Positions 26,183 through 27,069 of a DNA stretch of 27,069 nucleotides are shown one piece after another. The position numbers and the translations under genes are program-made. The DNA is from a virus (lineage: Duplodnaviria > Caudoviricetes), in IMG/VR virus record IMGVR_UViG_3300021373_000002, positions 1-27,069 of that record; one strand, given 5' to 3'. Position 1 is the first letter of the stretch, and each line of letters starts with the position of its first letter. The notes beneath the pieces are model-generated. The model saw nothing but the letters and a program-made list of their open reading frames with translations. It was not told the DNA's origin and did no database searches.

Positions 26183-26359
26183 ATGAAAAATCGTAAAGCA
26201 ACCAAAGCAGTAGTTATCAATGAACTTTTACAACTTCAAGCAATCCAAACTAAGCAGATGAAGAAGCATATCAAGTTGGGTAACACTAAGATCGTAGAAA
26301 CTTTGAAGCAACAGATCGATATCATTAACGAAGATCTAGCTAAGATGCTTGTCAAGTAA
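26183..26359 (+). CDS. 58-aa basic helical protein (not in ORF track)
   Basis: MKNRKATKAVVINELLQLQAIQTKQMKKHIKLGNTKIVETLKQQIDIINEDLAKMLVK. GAGGTAC RBS, first gene after the promoter. Confidence 0.75.
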   Translation: MKNRKATKAVVINELLQLQAIQTKQMKKHIKLGNTKIVETLKQQIDIINEDLAKMLVK

Positions 26360-26373
26360 TCAACTAACTAACC

Positions 26374-26392
26374 GGGGAGGATCTTCCTCCCC
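26374..26392 (+). other. Intergenic hairpin GGGGAGGA-TCT-TCCTCCCC
   Basis: Perfect 8-bp stem with no U tract, so more likely a processing or stability element than a terminator. Confidence 0.55.
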
Positions 26393-26413
26393 ATCTAACC
26401 AGAGGTACAAACA

Positions 26414-26521
26414 ATGAAACAATCTATAACCCACACTATCTGCTGCCATCTTCTAGTAGCAGTATTATTTTCTTGCTGCTTTATCGCATATTCTTTCCTT
26501 GTATGGTTGCTGGGGGTCTAA
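26414..26521 (+). CDS. 35-aa hydrophobic peptide (not in ORF track)
   Basis: MKQSITHTICCHLLVAVLFSCCFIAYSFLVWLLGV. GAGGTAC RBS, and its stop abuts the next ATG. Confidence 0.6.
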   Translation: MKQSITHTICCHLLVAVLFSCCFIAYSFLVWLLGV

Positions 26522-26522
26522 G

Positions 26523-27029
26523 ATGAATAAGCGCAGAAGAAACTATATAAAAGAGAACGGAAGAAACAAACTTAGAGAGATGAGCAATAAGCGAACCCCT
26601 CCGAAGCCTATTGTATTAGATCAATTCGATTACGTTAAGCAGATTGGAGAGCTCTGCAAGGTCTGGAGCCCTACTTACTGTACTTGGGTCTGGGAAGCCT
26701 CCTGCCAAGTAAACGGATTAATCTTGCGTAAAGAGTTCTGTGAACCAGATCCTTTGGTAGCTGTTCGATGGAGCCAAGAGAAGTTTAAGGCTATCTCTAA
26801 TCCTCAGTTCGCTACTATGATGCAAGCTGCTATCGCTAATAGTGAGTTTACAATCGAAGATATCGCAGATGCTATCGGTATTTCTAAGAATGGGATATCT
26901 AAGTGGATTTCGGGAGATACCCATCCAACAGTACCAAGCCTTCTTAGATTATGTAAGATGTTATACCCTATTAAGTGGGAAGAACATTATCTTACACTCT
27001 CGAAAGTAGTAGAGATGGAGCGCATCTAA
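26523..27029 (+). CDS. Two-domain protein with C-terminal XRE HTH
   Basis: TIEDIADAIGISKNGISKWISGDTHPTVPSLLRLC. Stop overlaps the RusA start. Confidence 0.8.
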   Translation: MNKRRRNYIKENGRNKLREMSNKRTPPKPIVLDQFDYVKQIGELCKVWSPTYCTWVWEASCQVNGLILRKEFCEPDPLVAVRWSQEKFKAISNPQFATMMQAAIANSEFTIEDIADAIGISKNGISKWISGDTHPTVPSLLRLCKMLYPIKWEEHYLTLSKVVEMERI

Positions 27030-27069
27030 TGTGGAAACTAGCATATCAAGGTATTATCCAAGGTCCCCC
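26943..27069. repeat. Terminal direct repeat, copy 2 (identical to 1-127)
   Basis: Exact match to the start of the window. Confidence 0.97.

Overview
This window is an apparently complete ~26.9 kb tailed-phage genome: bases 1-127 repeat exactly at 26943-27069, giving a 26,942 bp circle. It is most likely a siphovirus. Gene order is RusA resolvase, AEP-type primase, two XRE HTH genes, VapE/VirE-like SF3 helicase, an iteron-like non-coding region, small genes, an orphan DNA methyltransferase, TerS, TerL, portal, scaffold, a head-fibre cassette, major capsid, neck and tail genes (with a -1 frameshifted tail chaperone), tape measure, an Asp-box tail protein, tail hub, amidase endolysin, holin and a small early region. 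I see no integrase, DNA polymerase, tRNA or CRISPR array. The most interesting signals are non-coding. (i) Eight genes share an extended ribosome-binding motif, GAGGTAC, and a hairpin-plus-terminator cassette at 13078-13154 can display its exact complement (GTACCTCC) in a loop. (ii) A second promoter-terminator cassette with no credible ORF (3246-3339) carries UUGGUU words complementary to AACCAA words at several gene starts, including the helicase start codon. (iii) A mirror-symmetric, helically phased iteron array follows that cassette. Together with five XRE-HTH paralogs, these suggest a small-RNA translational control circuit in an integrase-less phage. That model is inference and untested. 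All protein calls come from motif recognition and synteny by eye, not from database searches.
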